Shown in pieces: positions 12,569 through 23,799 of a DNA stretch of 64,000 nt. This stretch comes from Fimicolochytrium jonesii (taxonomy: Eukaryota). The notes below the pieces were generated by a model. It was not told where the DNA came from, made no database searches, and worked only from the letters and a program-made list of their open reading frames with translations. The stretch covers positions 496,001-560,000 of the forward strand of contig NW_026515670.1 of NCBI RefSeq assembly GCF_025526975.1, read 5' to 3'. Numbering within the stretch: position 1 is the stretch's first letter; each line of letters opens with the position of its first letter. The position numbers and the translations under genes were made by a program.

Positions 12569-15365
12569 CTATTCCAGATTATCCAGTGCGGACCTCACAT
12601 TGAACGCCAGGAACTCCGACTCGATTCCATCCTCTTGTATCAATTCATTCAGAGTCGGGATGAGCTGCGGGTGGCTCCTCAACCGCATGTGCAGTTCAGG
12701 CAGGCGTGACATTTTTTGTATGATGACAGCGATGTTCTCGACAACAGTTGCGTCCGTCAAAGTATGGTGGGTATTTTTCTTGTGGGTATTGGGCAAGGTT
12801 GATGACCTTGATAGCGCCGCTACGAACGATCTGAGGCATTCAGGTTGCGCGCATTGGGTTAGGAAGGACTGCAGATTATCTTCATGTAAATGAAAAAGGG
12901 TTAGTCATTGCTATGTGAACGCTTCAGCAGAAAATCACTTACCACTATCCGCAGAAAGAGTCAACAGCGTCACACTTGCCAACGCCCTCAAGTTCTCATT
13001 GACATCGCTTCTCAGGAAAGGATGAACAACCTCAACTGCACAATAGTGAACGAAAGCCGCCTTCCCTTCATCGGAGGTGAGCAGTGGGACGAAATGGTCG
13101 AAAGCTGTTTGCAGAGGGCCCTCTTGTATAGCGCAGGGCAGGATGATTAGGCAGAGAAGTAACGTAATAGATTCGCTGATGACGTGAGAAGGAGGATCAC
13201 TGAGGCGCTTCAATGCTTGTTGGGCGAGCTCATTTCTCTGAAACAAAGATGAGGACATATGTAAGTCTACGTGAGAAGGTCCTTTTCTTTGCGCCGGATG
13301 TCGGAGAAACGGGTCACATACCTGACTTGCCCCGACTTCCTCTGTCTGGTTGATGATATTGTAAATAAATGCCAAGCATAACTCCATCATGTCGGGTGGT
13401 GTCGTTTTCGTGGGGAATATGGTAGAAAGCACTTCAAATGCGGCCGGTGAACTTTCGCGAAGAAAGTTTGATGGCTTCACATGAAAATGCCGACTTGAAC
13501 ATATCAGATATGCTAGCGCAGACTGCATTCGTCGAAGCTGACACCGGAGCCAAAGACATCAGAACGCCTCGAACTGCGAAGAGCGGATTCCCCCCGCCGC
13601 TCACCTTATCCTCTGCAACTTTCTCGATCTGACCACCAGTATGAGCGACGGTCTGAGAACTTGCTACAAGGGTGAATCGTTTGAGCGTAGTGCGAGCGCA
13701 CCAATCGTGAGACAGTCACGTACCGTTTTTGCACAATCTCTTGGATAGCGCTGAGTGCTGTGAACCGTTGCGCTGCTGCAGCTGCTCGAGCTTATTCTCG
13801 CTCTTGAGCGGTTCCCCATGTAAATCGCCCTTCAGTCGGCGACCCCTATCCCGAGACTGCGAAATGTCAGCAAACGGATGTAAGAGTGCGACACAAAAGA
13901 TTCTCACCAAGCGTAATTGAGACCGAGCGGCTTGCAATTGCTTGGCACACACTTCTTTGTCGTGTTCTAATACGCTAATCTTAGAGATTCATGCTCAGCC
14001 TCAAGTGAAGAGCCGATTGGAAGGTTCACGCCGTACCTTTCCTCTCAGCTCCTTATTCGCGGCGATAACTTCCTTGTTTGACGCTTGTAGTCGCCGGATC
14101 TCTTTCAGATGGGAGCTGACGATTTGTTCGTGGCGGCGATTTGTCTGCTCAGCCCAAAACCAGTGAGCTTCTCTGTACGCAACAGTGAAGGCACTAGCTA
14201 CACACCTCAATCGCGGCCGTCTCGTATTTCACGACCCTCTTCGCAACTTCTCTCTCAACTTTTTTCACTCGATGGGCTTCGAGGTCTCGAACGACATCTT
14301 CACGAACGGCAACGTCGCGCTCCCTGCTCGACAAGTCTTCATCCTGGTCCTGAACGGGAACCCGGTTCAGCCTCATCCTATGCCGGAGAGTGTCTTTGTC
14401 GACGAACAGACCTTCAGACGCCGGGCGAGATCGCTGAGATCCTTATGCAGGTTCAAAAACGCTTTGTGCTGCTCTCGCTGACTTTGGAGTTTGAAGGATA
14501 TCAGGTGCAATCATTGGGATTCCCGCGGCGCAGGCTTGCGACTTACGCTCGCGATATATCTGGATTCTGGACAGTTGTCTTCGGATGTCCAACCTCATTC
14601 CTCCCGTTGTCTTCGTCCTCGTCATGAATGTCCTTCACGATGTCCAGCAATTGATGGATGCTCAAGCGACTTGCTGGGGAATCATCGCACATATCTTGCT
14701 TCATGGGGAGAGGTGCGTCCTTCGGCCGAACTGTCGCCCTCGGTTCGCTGCCAGCCAACCGCGTGTCGGTCGAAGTAAGACCGGATTGTGGTTCAAGTAT
14801 CGCACTTAGGCTGAGACAGCTGCGATTTGACTCCTGCTCCTCCTCGGCCGTATCGACCCTCGGCTTTTGATAAGTGAACTGGCAGTTGGTGAAATTGAAG
14901 ACACGCTCGCCAGTCCCCGAAGCCTCTCCTCTAGTATTCTTTATAGGCTTGCTTCCAAGGGAGGTATTCAGAATCGTTGCAGGCTTCTCCCTAGTGTGGG
15001 CGGCGTCGTTGCGAAGCGATCGGCTGGCCCACTTCGCAAGATTTTCAGACACAAACGTGCGGGTCTCGTCCATGCGCTTGTCATGTCCGTTACGGTTGAT
15101 CTTACTCGCTGTGCTTTCCCGCAAAGCCCTTCGCTCCGACAGCTGCTTTTTAGCTGATTGTGGTGGATCCGGGACCGTCCCGAGTATACTCGTCGGAAGT
15201 TTTGCCCAGTCAAAGGTGACATTTCCCTGGCGGGTCTGTATCAGGACCAAGGACCTTTCCGAAACCTTTCTCCAAAGCGTACAGTACCTTGACAAGCCTT
15301 TCCGAGCTCCCTAGAATGTCGAGCAACGAAATATCCGAGTCGTCTGACTCTTCGGCATCGTGCAT
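12569..15365 (-). CDS. CCDC138: CCDC138-like coiled-coil plus helical-repeat protein (centriole/centriolar-satellite associated in animals), multi-exon
   Basis: Proposed start MHDAEESDDSDISLLDIL at 15365, first intron 15287-15236. Coiled coil ...EIRRLQASNK.... C-terminal motifs LQTAFD..LTSDEGKAAFVHYCAV, LQSFLTQC, VENIAVIIQKMS, FLAFNVRSALDNLE recall CCDC138. Confidence 0.7.
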
Positions 15366-16594
15366 GGTGGCATGGGGTACATACATATACAGTAATGTAC
15401 TTCGCAGGCGCAGGGAAAGCAGGGAAATGGTGGGGAGCTAAAAGGGGGAAGTCTCACGCGTCTTGAACGTCCGAAAGCCCAGACATCCCCAACGGTTTTC
15501 CCACGCATCTGTGCTGGCATCCATTGATTTGCAGCCCAAGATCTCTGTACATACGATGAAGGAGGGAGAAGCAGGTTGCAGCAATGAACGGCGTGGTATC
15601 ATTGGAAATCCATCTAGTTAGGCACCGTCTCATTCTGGCGCTCCTCAGCTAAGCATTTCAGGAGTGGCATCCTACGTCTAAAGAACATCTCAGCATCGAA
15701 GTATGCGTGGGCGTCGACCGTCCTCTCTAGTCGCATAGGGAGCGGGAGCCATCATATGAGCCGCATCAATTACGGCTTCTAAATACGCTCTTTCACTCGT
15801 GTAATGGACAATGCGCCATCAAAGTCTACGGACGGTAGTTGAGCAAAAGTGCACAGAATCGTAGTTTGAAAACTACAGTCATTCTCCACCGCCCGAAACC
15901 TCCATCCCTGAAGCCTGCATTATGTCGGCAATACATTGGGATGGCCCGCAAAAGAAGTCTGAAGAGGTGACATACTGTGCTTTCACTGTGTGAATCTGCG
16001 TGACCTAGAAGACGCTCGAGAAAACCGTAGACTTCCTCAGCAGCCCATGAATTGACGACCGCACTCGTCAAATGCATTCTCGCGGAAACTGATATAGACT
16101 ACATACAGTGCATTACCGTTCTCAGCTTTGCTCCGTGAGCATCGCAGCAGTGCGTCTGCATTGCGTCTCCTCAATGAAGTTCCCGTTAACCGTACCATCT
16201 TTCGTTGTCAGTTGTTCATTGCTCATGAGGATCGTGAAATCACAGCAGGAGTAATCGATATATGGATAATCTATTTGGTAGGGTGGAAAAGAACTATCTT
16301 CGTTGATCTCTAAATGTAAGACGGTGCCCCCATACGCCAACGCCCTTCCTCGGGCCGATGAAAGCCGTTTCCGCGTTCCCATCCCATTGAACTTCGACCC
16401 ACCAAGTGACATCCTCCAACCCATATCGTCTGCTACAATAGACTACCTTCTATGTATATACTTGATCCACATCCCGACGATCCTGCGTCAGAAATCGCGC
16501 GCGACCATCCGTCCATTCCAGAATTCCCGTATCCCCGTATCCCGTATCAAGGACCATCGTCCTTGATACGGGAGCCGAAGTTGTGATGAGTAAC

Positions 16595-18559
16595 TCACAG
16601 AGCGATGAGACGCACTTCCGGCTTTATATAGCATTGCACCAGCAGAGATTTCTGGTCCGCTCTCATCATCGTCATCACCGCGCGACACCCCGGATCGATC
16701 GTCTTGACGAATTTCTGCGTGGCGGCGCTGTAAACTCGGATGCTACCGCCGGGGCTCCCGTCTGCGATGTAGAAGGTGGACTCGTCTTTGCTGAGGGTAA
16801 TATCATTCGAGGTGTAGAACGCGCCGTCCCCCAAGCTCGGAATGACCATCATGGCATTGTTGTCCTTGATGTTCCATTTCAGCACGGCCTTGTCGTCCTT
16901 GATGATGAAAAGCGATGTGCGCGCGGGAGTAGTGGTCCACACTTCCCAGTCTTGGGGTTTGGGCACTTGCGCGGGCAGTGGGATGATGGTACCGGGAGTT
17001 GCAGCGTTTGCGAACGGGGGCCCCGAGAACCTGACCACAATGCCAGATTCATAAGTCACGACAATGTCAGCTCCGACGGTGTCGCCGTAGGTAAACATCT
17101 CGAGCTGATCCTGCGGTCGTGCCATGGAGAGGGTGCTGGTGACTTGCCCAGAACCAAAAAAGTCCCACACCGCCAATCCGTCAAGCAAGGTCCCCGCCGC
17201 GTTCAGGGTGCCGGTAAGGAGGGAGTGGGTCGTAGGATTGGGATCGGACCCGACAATGAATCTGAACGGCCAGCTGGAGGCATTCGCCGGCATCGGCAAC
17301 GACTTAACTATGGAACCATCATCCAGCGACCAAGCTGTTACCGTAACGTTGTTGTGACCTATAAACAAACGACCGTTCGGGTGCATCAAGCCTCTCACGA
17401 GCCCACTGAATCGTCGGATAAACGCGCCCGTCGTGTAATCGAACTGATCATAGTCGCCCCCGTTTCGAAGTCCCAGCATAAGGTACTTGTCCTCGAACTG
17501 GGAGGAGCCGCCAAGCTCCCAGTACATCTCGCCCGTCGGACTGGTGTACTTCTGAATCACCGTAGTATCAGCAGGGCCGACGCCAGAAGCCCGCCCGGCG
17601 TCCGTGGTATTCTTGGCCTTCAAAAGAAAAAACGCCGTAACACCTCCCGCAATCAGCAGCAAGATCAACCCCGCGGCGATGACGATGATCTTTTTCTTGC
17701 CGCTCATTCCTCTTTTGTGCTCGACAAAGGCCGGTGGCAGAGGGGTGGGTTTGTAGGTGTTCAACGGGCCCTCGCGGTGGACTGTCACGGATGTGGCTTC
17801 GGATGCGTATGCGCTGTTGGAGACGTTGTGCTTCCAGGCTGAGGGCGACGATGATGGGTGGTCGACGAACGGGTTGTCGGACGTGGCTGCGGGCGAGAGG
17901 TTGCTGAGTTCGTAATCGTGGTCAGAATGAACGGGTGTGGCTTCGAGCCATGTCGATGGAGGGGAGCGCAACTGGTTTTGCTGTTGGTAAGCAGCCTCGG
18001 GGGCCATGGGGCGCGGAGAGGCGTCGGATCGCTCCGCGTATACAAGGCTATCTTCCCCCGAATGATGAGGAGAAGTCGCTGCAACGGCGGCGGCACCAAC
18101 AGCGACGGCCGATCCAGCACCCATCCCTTCCACAGCTCCCATGTCATGCTGCGAGTCCGGCCCATTCGAACTACCTCCAACCTCCTGCGCCGCCAACGGC
18201 CCATTCGCCATCATCTCAAACACCGAATCCGGCACCACCGCCAACACCCCCACACTGCGATCCTCCCCAGTCGGTTGGTACACATCCGCCCGCCTAATCC
18301 TCCTCGCGGACGGAAATACCCTCTCAACATGCTCATTCCTCGTCGAAAACGTCAGCCGCAGATCGTCCCACGCCACATCCTCCCCACTCACATCCCACAA
18401 CGCGATTGTGTTCTCGACATGCCCTTCCAGGCCCGGGAAGAAGCGGGATACGATGAGGCGGCGGAGAGTGGTGCCGGAGGTCGTATGCGGGTCGATGGAG
18501 AAGACCCCGGTTGCGTTGCGGTGCCCGAAGAGGGAGATCAGGACGGTGGAGGTCGCCAT
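16595..18559 (-). CDS. Intronless single-pass (type II) membrane protein: CRN-like ubiquitin-fold N-terminus, disordered linker, TM helix, C-terminal WD40-like beta-propeller
   Basis: 654-aa ORF. TM KKKIIVIAAGLILLLIAGGVTAFFLLKAK. Propeller-like blades (LFIGHNNVTVTAWSLDDGSIVKSL; ITLSKDESTFYIADGSPGGSIRVYSAATQKFVKTI). N-terminus contains LWDV and ends VGVLAVVP. Confidence 0.8.
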   Translation of the reverse strand: MATSTVLISLFGHRNATGVFSIDPHTTSGTTLRRLIVSRFFPGLEGHVENTIALWDVSGEDVAWDDLRLTFSTRNEHVERVFPSARRIRRADVYQPTGEDRSVGVLAVVPDSVFEMMANGPLAAQEVGGSSNGPDSQHDMGAVEGMGAGSAVAVGAAAVAATSPHHSGEDSLVYAERSDASPRPMAPEAAYQQQNQLRSPPSTWLEATPVHSDHDYELSNLSPAATSDNPFVDHPSSSPSAWKHNVSNSAYASEATSVTVHREGPLNTYKPTPLPPAFVEHKRGMSGKKKIIVIAAGLILLLIAGGVTAFFLLKAKNTTDAGRASGVGPADTTVIQKYTSPTGEMYWELGGSSQFEDKYLMLGLRNGGDYDQFDYTTGAFIRRFSGLVRGLMHPNGRLFIGHNNVTVTAWSLDDGSIVKSLPMPANASSWPFRFIVGSDPNPTTHSLLTGTLNAAGTLLDGLAVWDFFGSGQVTSTLSMARPQDQLEMFTYGDTVGADIVVTYESGIVVRFSGPPFANAATPGTIIPLPAQVPKPQDWEVWTTTPARTSLFIIKDDKAVLKWNIKDNNAMMVIPSLGDGAFYTSNDITLSKDESTFYIADGSPGGSIRVYSAATQKFVKTIDPGCRAVMTMMRADQKSLLVQCYIKPEVRLIAL

Positions 18560-19340
18560 GGTCGTTTGCGGTCCCTCGTTCTGGGTCTTGCTGTGTCCGT
18601 ACGTGGAAAGTCGCGCGGAATTGCAAAGGAGGCGGTGACCCCTACCCGTTCGTCTTATACAGCAGAAAAAACACCACCTTCATGGTGAATCCAAGCCGTT
18701 CCAGGTTGGGACGTACAGTACCATTGGGACCATTGGGAAGGTCGTTTTCCCGTCTAATAAATGGCAAATGTAGACTACCACCAAGAGCGCCCACCGGCCG
18801 CACGCCCGTCGCAAATTCACGCGGCATGGACGCGCCGTAAGCAAGGCTAATATGCAAAAGCGGTCATCTTTAAAGTTTTTTCTCGACGACTTTTGTTGCA
18901 TGGGGTCCGCCGTTCGTTAAAAGTGCCATCGCCGCGGGTGATCGCCGCGGTCGAAAGGCCACGGGTCAACGCCTCGTCTCGCCGTCAACGCTTGATGAGC
19001 TCGGTCGGCCTCATTCGCAACTCCGCTGCCAGCAGTTTACCGATGTGTCGGCAGCCGGCAACCCGCGGACCGTCGCCGCGGTACTTGGGGTGGGAGACAA
19101 ACCTTAACTCAAACGAAGCAAACCAATGAAACCATGTCGCCACTTTGAAAGAGAGCGACGAGAGGCAAGAGAGAGTGTGCGGCCGCTGTTCCCAATATTA
19201 AACATATCCGGCCGCTATTTCTATCACATCGGGATGGACTGGTGAAGTTTGCTGCTGTCCACACCTGGCCGCACAGAAATACTTACAAAAGCGCCAGAAG
19301 CCACCTAGCTTGCTCTCTCCATCACCACCCCAACCTCTAG

Positions 19341-19498
19341 GTAAGACGGTTGCAATAGGTCAAGGGCGGGAGTGCTGGGAGCAGAAGGAGGTCGAGACAA
19401 CCTGTCACACCTCGTCGGGACTTTTTCTCACACCTCACCACCCAACCTCCTCTTTCTCTGCTAACCTTCCGTCTTCACCCTTCCTCGCCGACCAACAG
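19341..19498 (+). other. Probable 5'-UTR intron of the chitin deacetylase gene
   Basis: GTAAGA donor, GCTAAC branch site, pyrimidine tract, and a CAG acceptor 19 nt before the ATG. Confidence 0.7.
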
Positions 19499-19517
19499 AA
19501 AAACTCTAGCAAACAAG

Positions 19518-21061
19518 ATGGTTGCCCGTCTCGCTCTTGTGGCCCTTGCCGCCACCTCCGCGACCTCATTCGTGGCCGCCCAAGGCAATGCGCCCGTTAT
19601 TTTCAACGGCGGAGCTGCGCCAGCGCCCACCGCTACTCCTGTCGCTGTTCCCGGTCCTGTCACTGGCCCTGTAGCTGTTCCTCGCCCTGTGGGAGCTCCT
19701 GCCCCTGTCGCTACTCCTGGTCCCGTCTCCCCAGCCCCTGCTCCTGCTCCCGCTGGCCCTGTGGACCTCTCTCAACCTCCAGCAGGCACCCGCCCCTTCG
19801 CCCCCATCAACCCCGAACCGCAAGTAGCCGGCGCGGATCCCGTCGGCCTCGTCCCTTCCGCAGCCGCAGCCTCATACCCCAATATGCCGACCCAATGGCC
19901 CGACGCCGACCAGCGCAAGATGATGATCAACCTCGCGCCCCTGCTCAACTCGCCTCTGGTGCTTGAGGGAGAGAAAAAGGTCCGGGCCGCTGTCGCAGCT
20001 AGCATTTTGGACGCGCAACCGGCTGTGGGATTCTTGACTGCTCAGAACGGGACCATGATCAGGTACCCTGATGGACGACTCTCAAACCAGGCCGATGCGA
20101 CCTATTGCCACTTTGACAGTACGTGTGTTTCGCCCGCGGATCATAGAATGTGCAAGACAGCTGGACAGTGGGCGGTACGTATGAGCTCCCAGCGAGCTTA
20201 TTCCTGCTGCATCCTCTGGTATTTAAGAGCAATTCACTTACTCATGAATCTCTTCCCATCCCCCCTCTCCAGTTGACATACGACGATGGCCCCTCCCCCG
20301 AAGCCCGTCCCCTCCTCGCCGCGCTCGCTAAGGCCAACGTCAAAGCCACTATCTTTGTCGCCGGCTCCGCCTCCTACTACAACCCCGCCGACCTCAAAGC
20401 CATGTTCGACCAAGGCCACGAGATCGCCATCCACACGTGGACCCACGCCGCCCTCACCACGGGCACCGTCAAGCAAATCATCGCCGAGGTCCTCTACTCC
20501 GAAGCCCTGGTCGTGAAAGTCACCGGCGTCAAACCCCGCTTCTTCCGCCCGCCTTACGGTGACATTGACAACCGCGTCCGTGCCATTGTGAATGCGCTCG
20601 GGTATGAGGTCATCATGTGGGACAAACCACACAACACCCAGGATACGGTCGTTCCCACCGCCGAGGTGCTGCGTATGGTCAACACGTGGTTCACCCAGCC
20701 CACAGCGCCCGGGTTCATCTCCCTGGAGCATAACCTGAACGCGGCCGCCATCAACTCCTCCATCGCGGTCCTGGATGCCGTCATCGCTGCCAAGGCCGCC
20801 AACGCCATGCCGTTGACCATCGTGCCGGTCGGTGCGTGTATTGGCCAATCGGCGTACGTGGGGGGTGCCGTCGCCCCGGGTGGTGCGGCGAATGGAACGG
20901 CGGCGGCTGGGCCGGCGGGGACGGTGCCGACGGTGGTGGGTGCGCCTACGAACACGGCTGCGGGGGCAACGGCTTCGCAGACTGCGGCGGCGAACTCTAA
21001 CACGCAGGCTGTGGGAGCGGTTGCCATCGTCGCCGCGGCTTTGTCTGCGCTTTTCTTGTAG
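19518..21061 (+). CDS. Secreted, probably GPI-anchored chitin deacetylase (CE4/NodB) with a Pro/Ala-rich N-terminal region
   Basis: Exons 19518-20174 and 20273-21061. Signal peptide; CE4 motifs LTYDDGP, HTWTH, FRPPYG, LEH; hydrophobic C-terminal tail. Confidence 0.93.
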
Positions 21062-21866
21062 ACCCGTGGATTAGACGCGTGGACGGCGTAGAAGCATATG
21101 GGGATTACCACATCACACCATTCCCGAACACTGCGGGGGGCATTCTATGGGTGTATAGAGAAACCCCGAGTGGATCTCTGTCCCGGAAATAGTTCCCTCA
21201 CAACATTATATAGACACTTACAGACCGTAACAGCACGGCGTAGACCCCGCTGCTTCCTGATGGACATTGCTTTTTGTATTTGTATGGGTCGTCGAATAGA
21301 GCCATTTTTTTCTAGGCTTTGCGTGAACTCACATAGGTATAGGCACCCATTGGGCCTATGCTACCCGGATAGTATACTTGTGTCCCGAGAAACGTAAGAA
21401 TCCCAGAAGCGAAGAAAGTCCCTCGGAGGAGATCGCCCAAAAAGCATTGTTTTGTTTCCATGGCTGTAAGCGGCAGAGCGTGGGATTATTCAAAATATGT
21501 GCTGACACCAGGTCTAGCCTCTATTTTATGCGTTTGTGTCCGGCCAGGAGGGTCCGTAGGGATGAAAGTGCGGGGATATGAGGAAGTGAGGGTGGAGGAA
21601 GGCCCCAATGTGGGACCGTGCTAAGTCCTATATATCATGTACAGTCTTTGGCGACGCTGTAGCGAATGCCGGCAAGGCCATCGCCGGGTGAGTTTGGAGT
21701 AGGGATGTGTGCGTATGGTCGGTGGTTGATGAAAGCGCAGATATACCGCTAATGTGGCGAGATGAGTACTCGAGGTAAGGGATGTGAAGTGACGGAGGAG
21801 GCGTGGGACGGGCGGCGCCATCGAGTGGGGTGTACAAGTGTGCGCATCGGTCCCCGAAAGCGCATC

Positions 21867-23421
21867 TTACGCCCTAACAACGCGCTTCTCTCTCCTGCGA
21901 TCCCTCAGCTTATGCACATAAGTCACAAGCAAAAAAACGAGGATGAACCCGAGCGGTAGCACGACGTAGTAGACCCATGCGCCGTTCTTGGATGTGTCGA
22001 GGAAGGAGTAGACCCACCATCCTGATGGTCTGTTGAGAGGAAAGAGTGTCAGCCGGGCCGGTTTCATAGATTCATTGACTCGCTGTGAATTTGCGGGAAC
22101 TTACGAGTTACTAATGTGATACGCGGCATGCTGGACGAACGCGTAAGCGAGGAACAGCAGCCCTGGGATGACGATGATTGGCCATTGTGTGTAAAAGAGC
22201 GGGATGCGGTTGATGCAGAGCTCGATGAAAACGAGGACAAAGTCGAAGAGGTGCACGTTTATGTTGCTCCACCACTGTAACGAGGTAAGATGAGAGGTGG
22301 ATGTTTACATTGTGTGCTCCGGCATAAGTGAAGAGAGAAATGAGTTTGTTACTAACCGCCATGCCGTCTCCGTCCTTAACCAGGCTTGACGAGAGAAGAC
22401 CCCAGAAGACAATCTATGGGGATAGCCGAAGGCGTTCAGTTTTTTCCTCCATTATCACCGTCTGCATCTGGCAATTTCCAAACTCCACTTACGGGTACGA
22501 TCCAGTGAAACGTCGCCGGCATGACATACAACGCCCATGTCAGCCACTGTGTGAACCTCGACTGCCGCAGGAACTTGGACATGTTCCCATCTCGGTTGCA
22601 CCGGTAGGTCTGGAATGCTGCGACCTGAGAATAAGGGTGAGATGGAACGATGAGTTGGCTGTGTGCGATTGAAGGTGTAAAATGAACAACATCGTGCTCG
22701 CTCCAACTCGCGACAAGTGAGTTGGCGTGTTCGCATGATGTTGAATGGTTGGCGGAGGTCGCTCCGCTCGCAAAGATCCAACGCTCGCCGTTGCTCGCCA
22801 AGAGCTATAGTTGGGGGAGCCTTGCGTCTTTCACGCAAGGTGGCTCGTTTCGCTCGTGAAGGCGTCCGCTTTCTACGCCCTCGCTGCTCCCACAGCAAAC
22901 CAACAGCTCGCCTATGGCTCGCCGGCCTCAAGCGACCCTACGCCTCGCTTCGCTCGCCGCAATCCGCGTTCGCTCCTTTCGCGTTGACTACGTTCGATTC
23001 GCCGCTCGCTAACGCTCGCGTCGTCGCTACCTACCGCAAACCAAGCGCCCAACCCCAACCAAGTCAGTTGAGTAAAATAAAAGAGATAAGTCTCCTGGTC
23101 CCTCCTGAGTTGAAAAGGCACAATGAAGATAACCCAAAACAGCCCAAACAGCCTAAATCGAAACAAGGTCTTTGAAGAGACGACATAAGAAGTCGTGAGC
23201 AGTTCAGGGTCATCCAGGATATTGTGCAAGTGGGAGTCGGTTAAGCGTCCTAGGAGTGATGACTGCTGGTGGGGAGCTGCACGATAGTGCGGCGACTGGG
23301 CTCCACTGTTGGTGTTTCCAGCTGAGGAGATGTATGAGTTTGACGAGTGGTCGGTGTGCAGGTGGGTGGTGGAGTCTCCCTTGCCCTCATTGCCAAATTC
23401 GGTCATGGGAATGGAGGTCAT
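21867..23421 (-). CDS. Multi-pass membrane protein, rolling-stone (FAR-17a/AIG1-related) like
   Basis: Exons 23421-23035, 22624-22493, 22413-22357, 22274-22105, 22029-21867. Motifs YLFYFTQLTW, IVFWGLL, NINVH, ELCINRIP, WVYSFLD. Confidence 0.8.
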
Positions 23422-23799
23422 GGCTGCGAGTAATTGCGCGAGTTCTATGCCGTTTGACGGTTTGACGGTCCTTCCTGCCGAAAATGCCGGGGTGGGATGG
23501 ACCCAATATACTGTAGTCTCGGTATATATGGAGGGATAGAGAGGCACCGACCAGCGGCTGCCAAACGATATCCTTCGAAATACGACAACACCCAAAGGAA
23601 GAAAAAAAAGAGGCCGCGATGTTGGGAAACGCAGAGGCCTCGCTGCTGCTTCCCTCGTTCGAAACGAGGCGGACTGTCGCAGAATTTGCCTGATGATTGG
23701 AGACTTTGGAGACGCAATTTGGGCAGGTCGCCTCCGTCTTGTTCTTGTGTCTCGGAGGTGCTCTCTCGAACTAAGAAAACAACCGCGCGATGTTCATGG

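Noticed and set aside
14493..14501. ATATCCTT on the minus strand resembling a U12 (AT-AC) 5' splice site
   Set aside because: It lies inside an ordinary GT-AG intron, overlapping its CTGAT branch site; the reading frame is already explained.
16583..18688. Long plus-strand ORFs (419 aa, 276 aa), and similar ones at 29312-30184, 48929-49792 and 51928-53052
   Set aside because: Antisense shadows of well-supported, codon-biased genes on the opposite strand.
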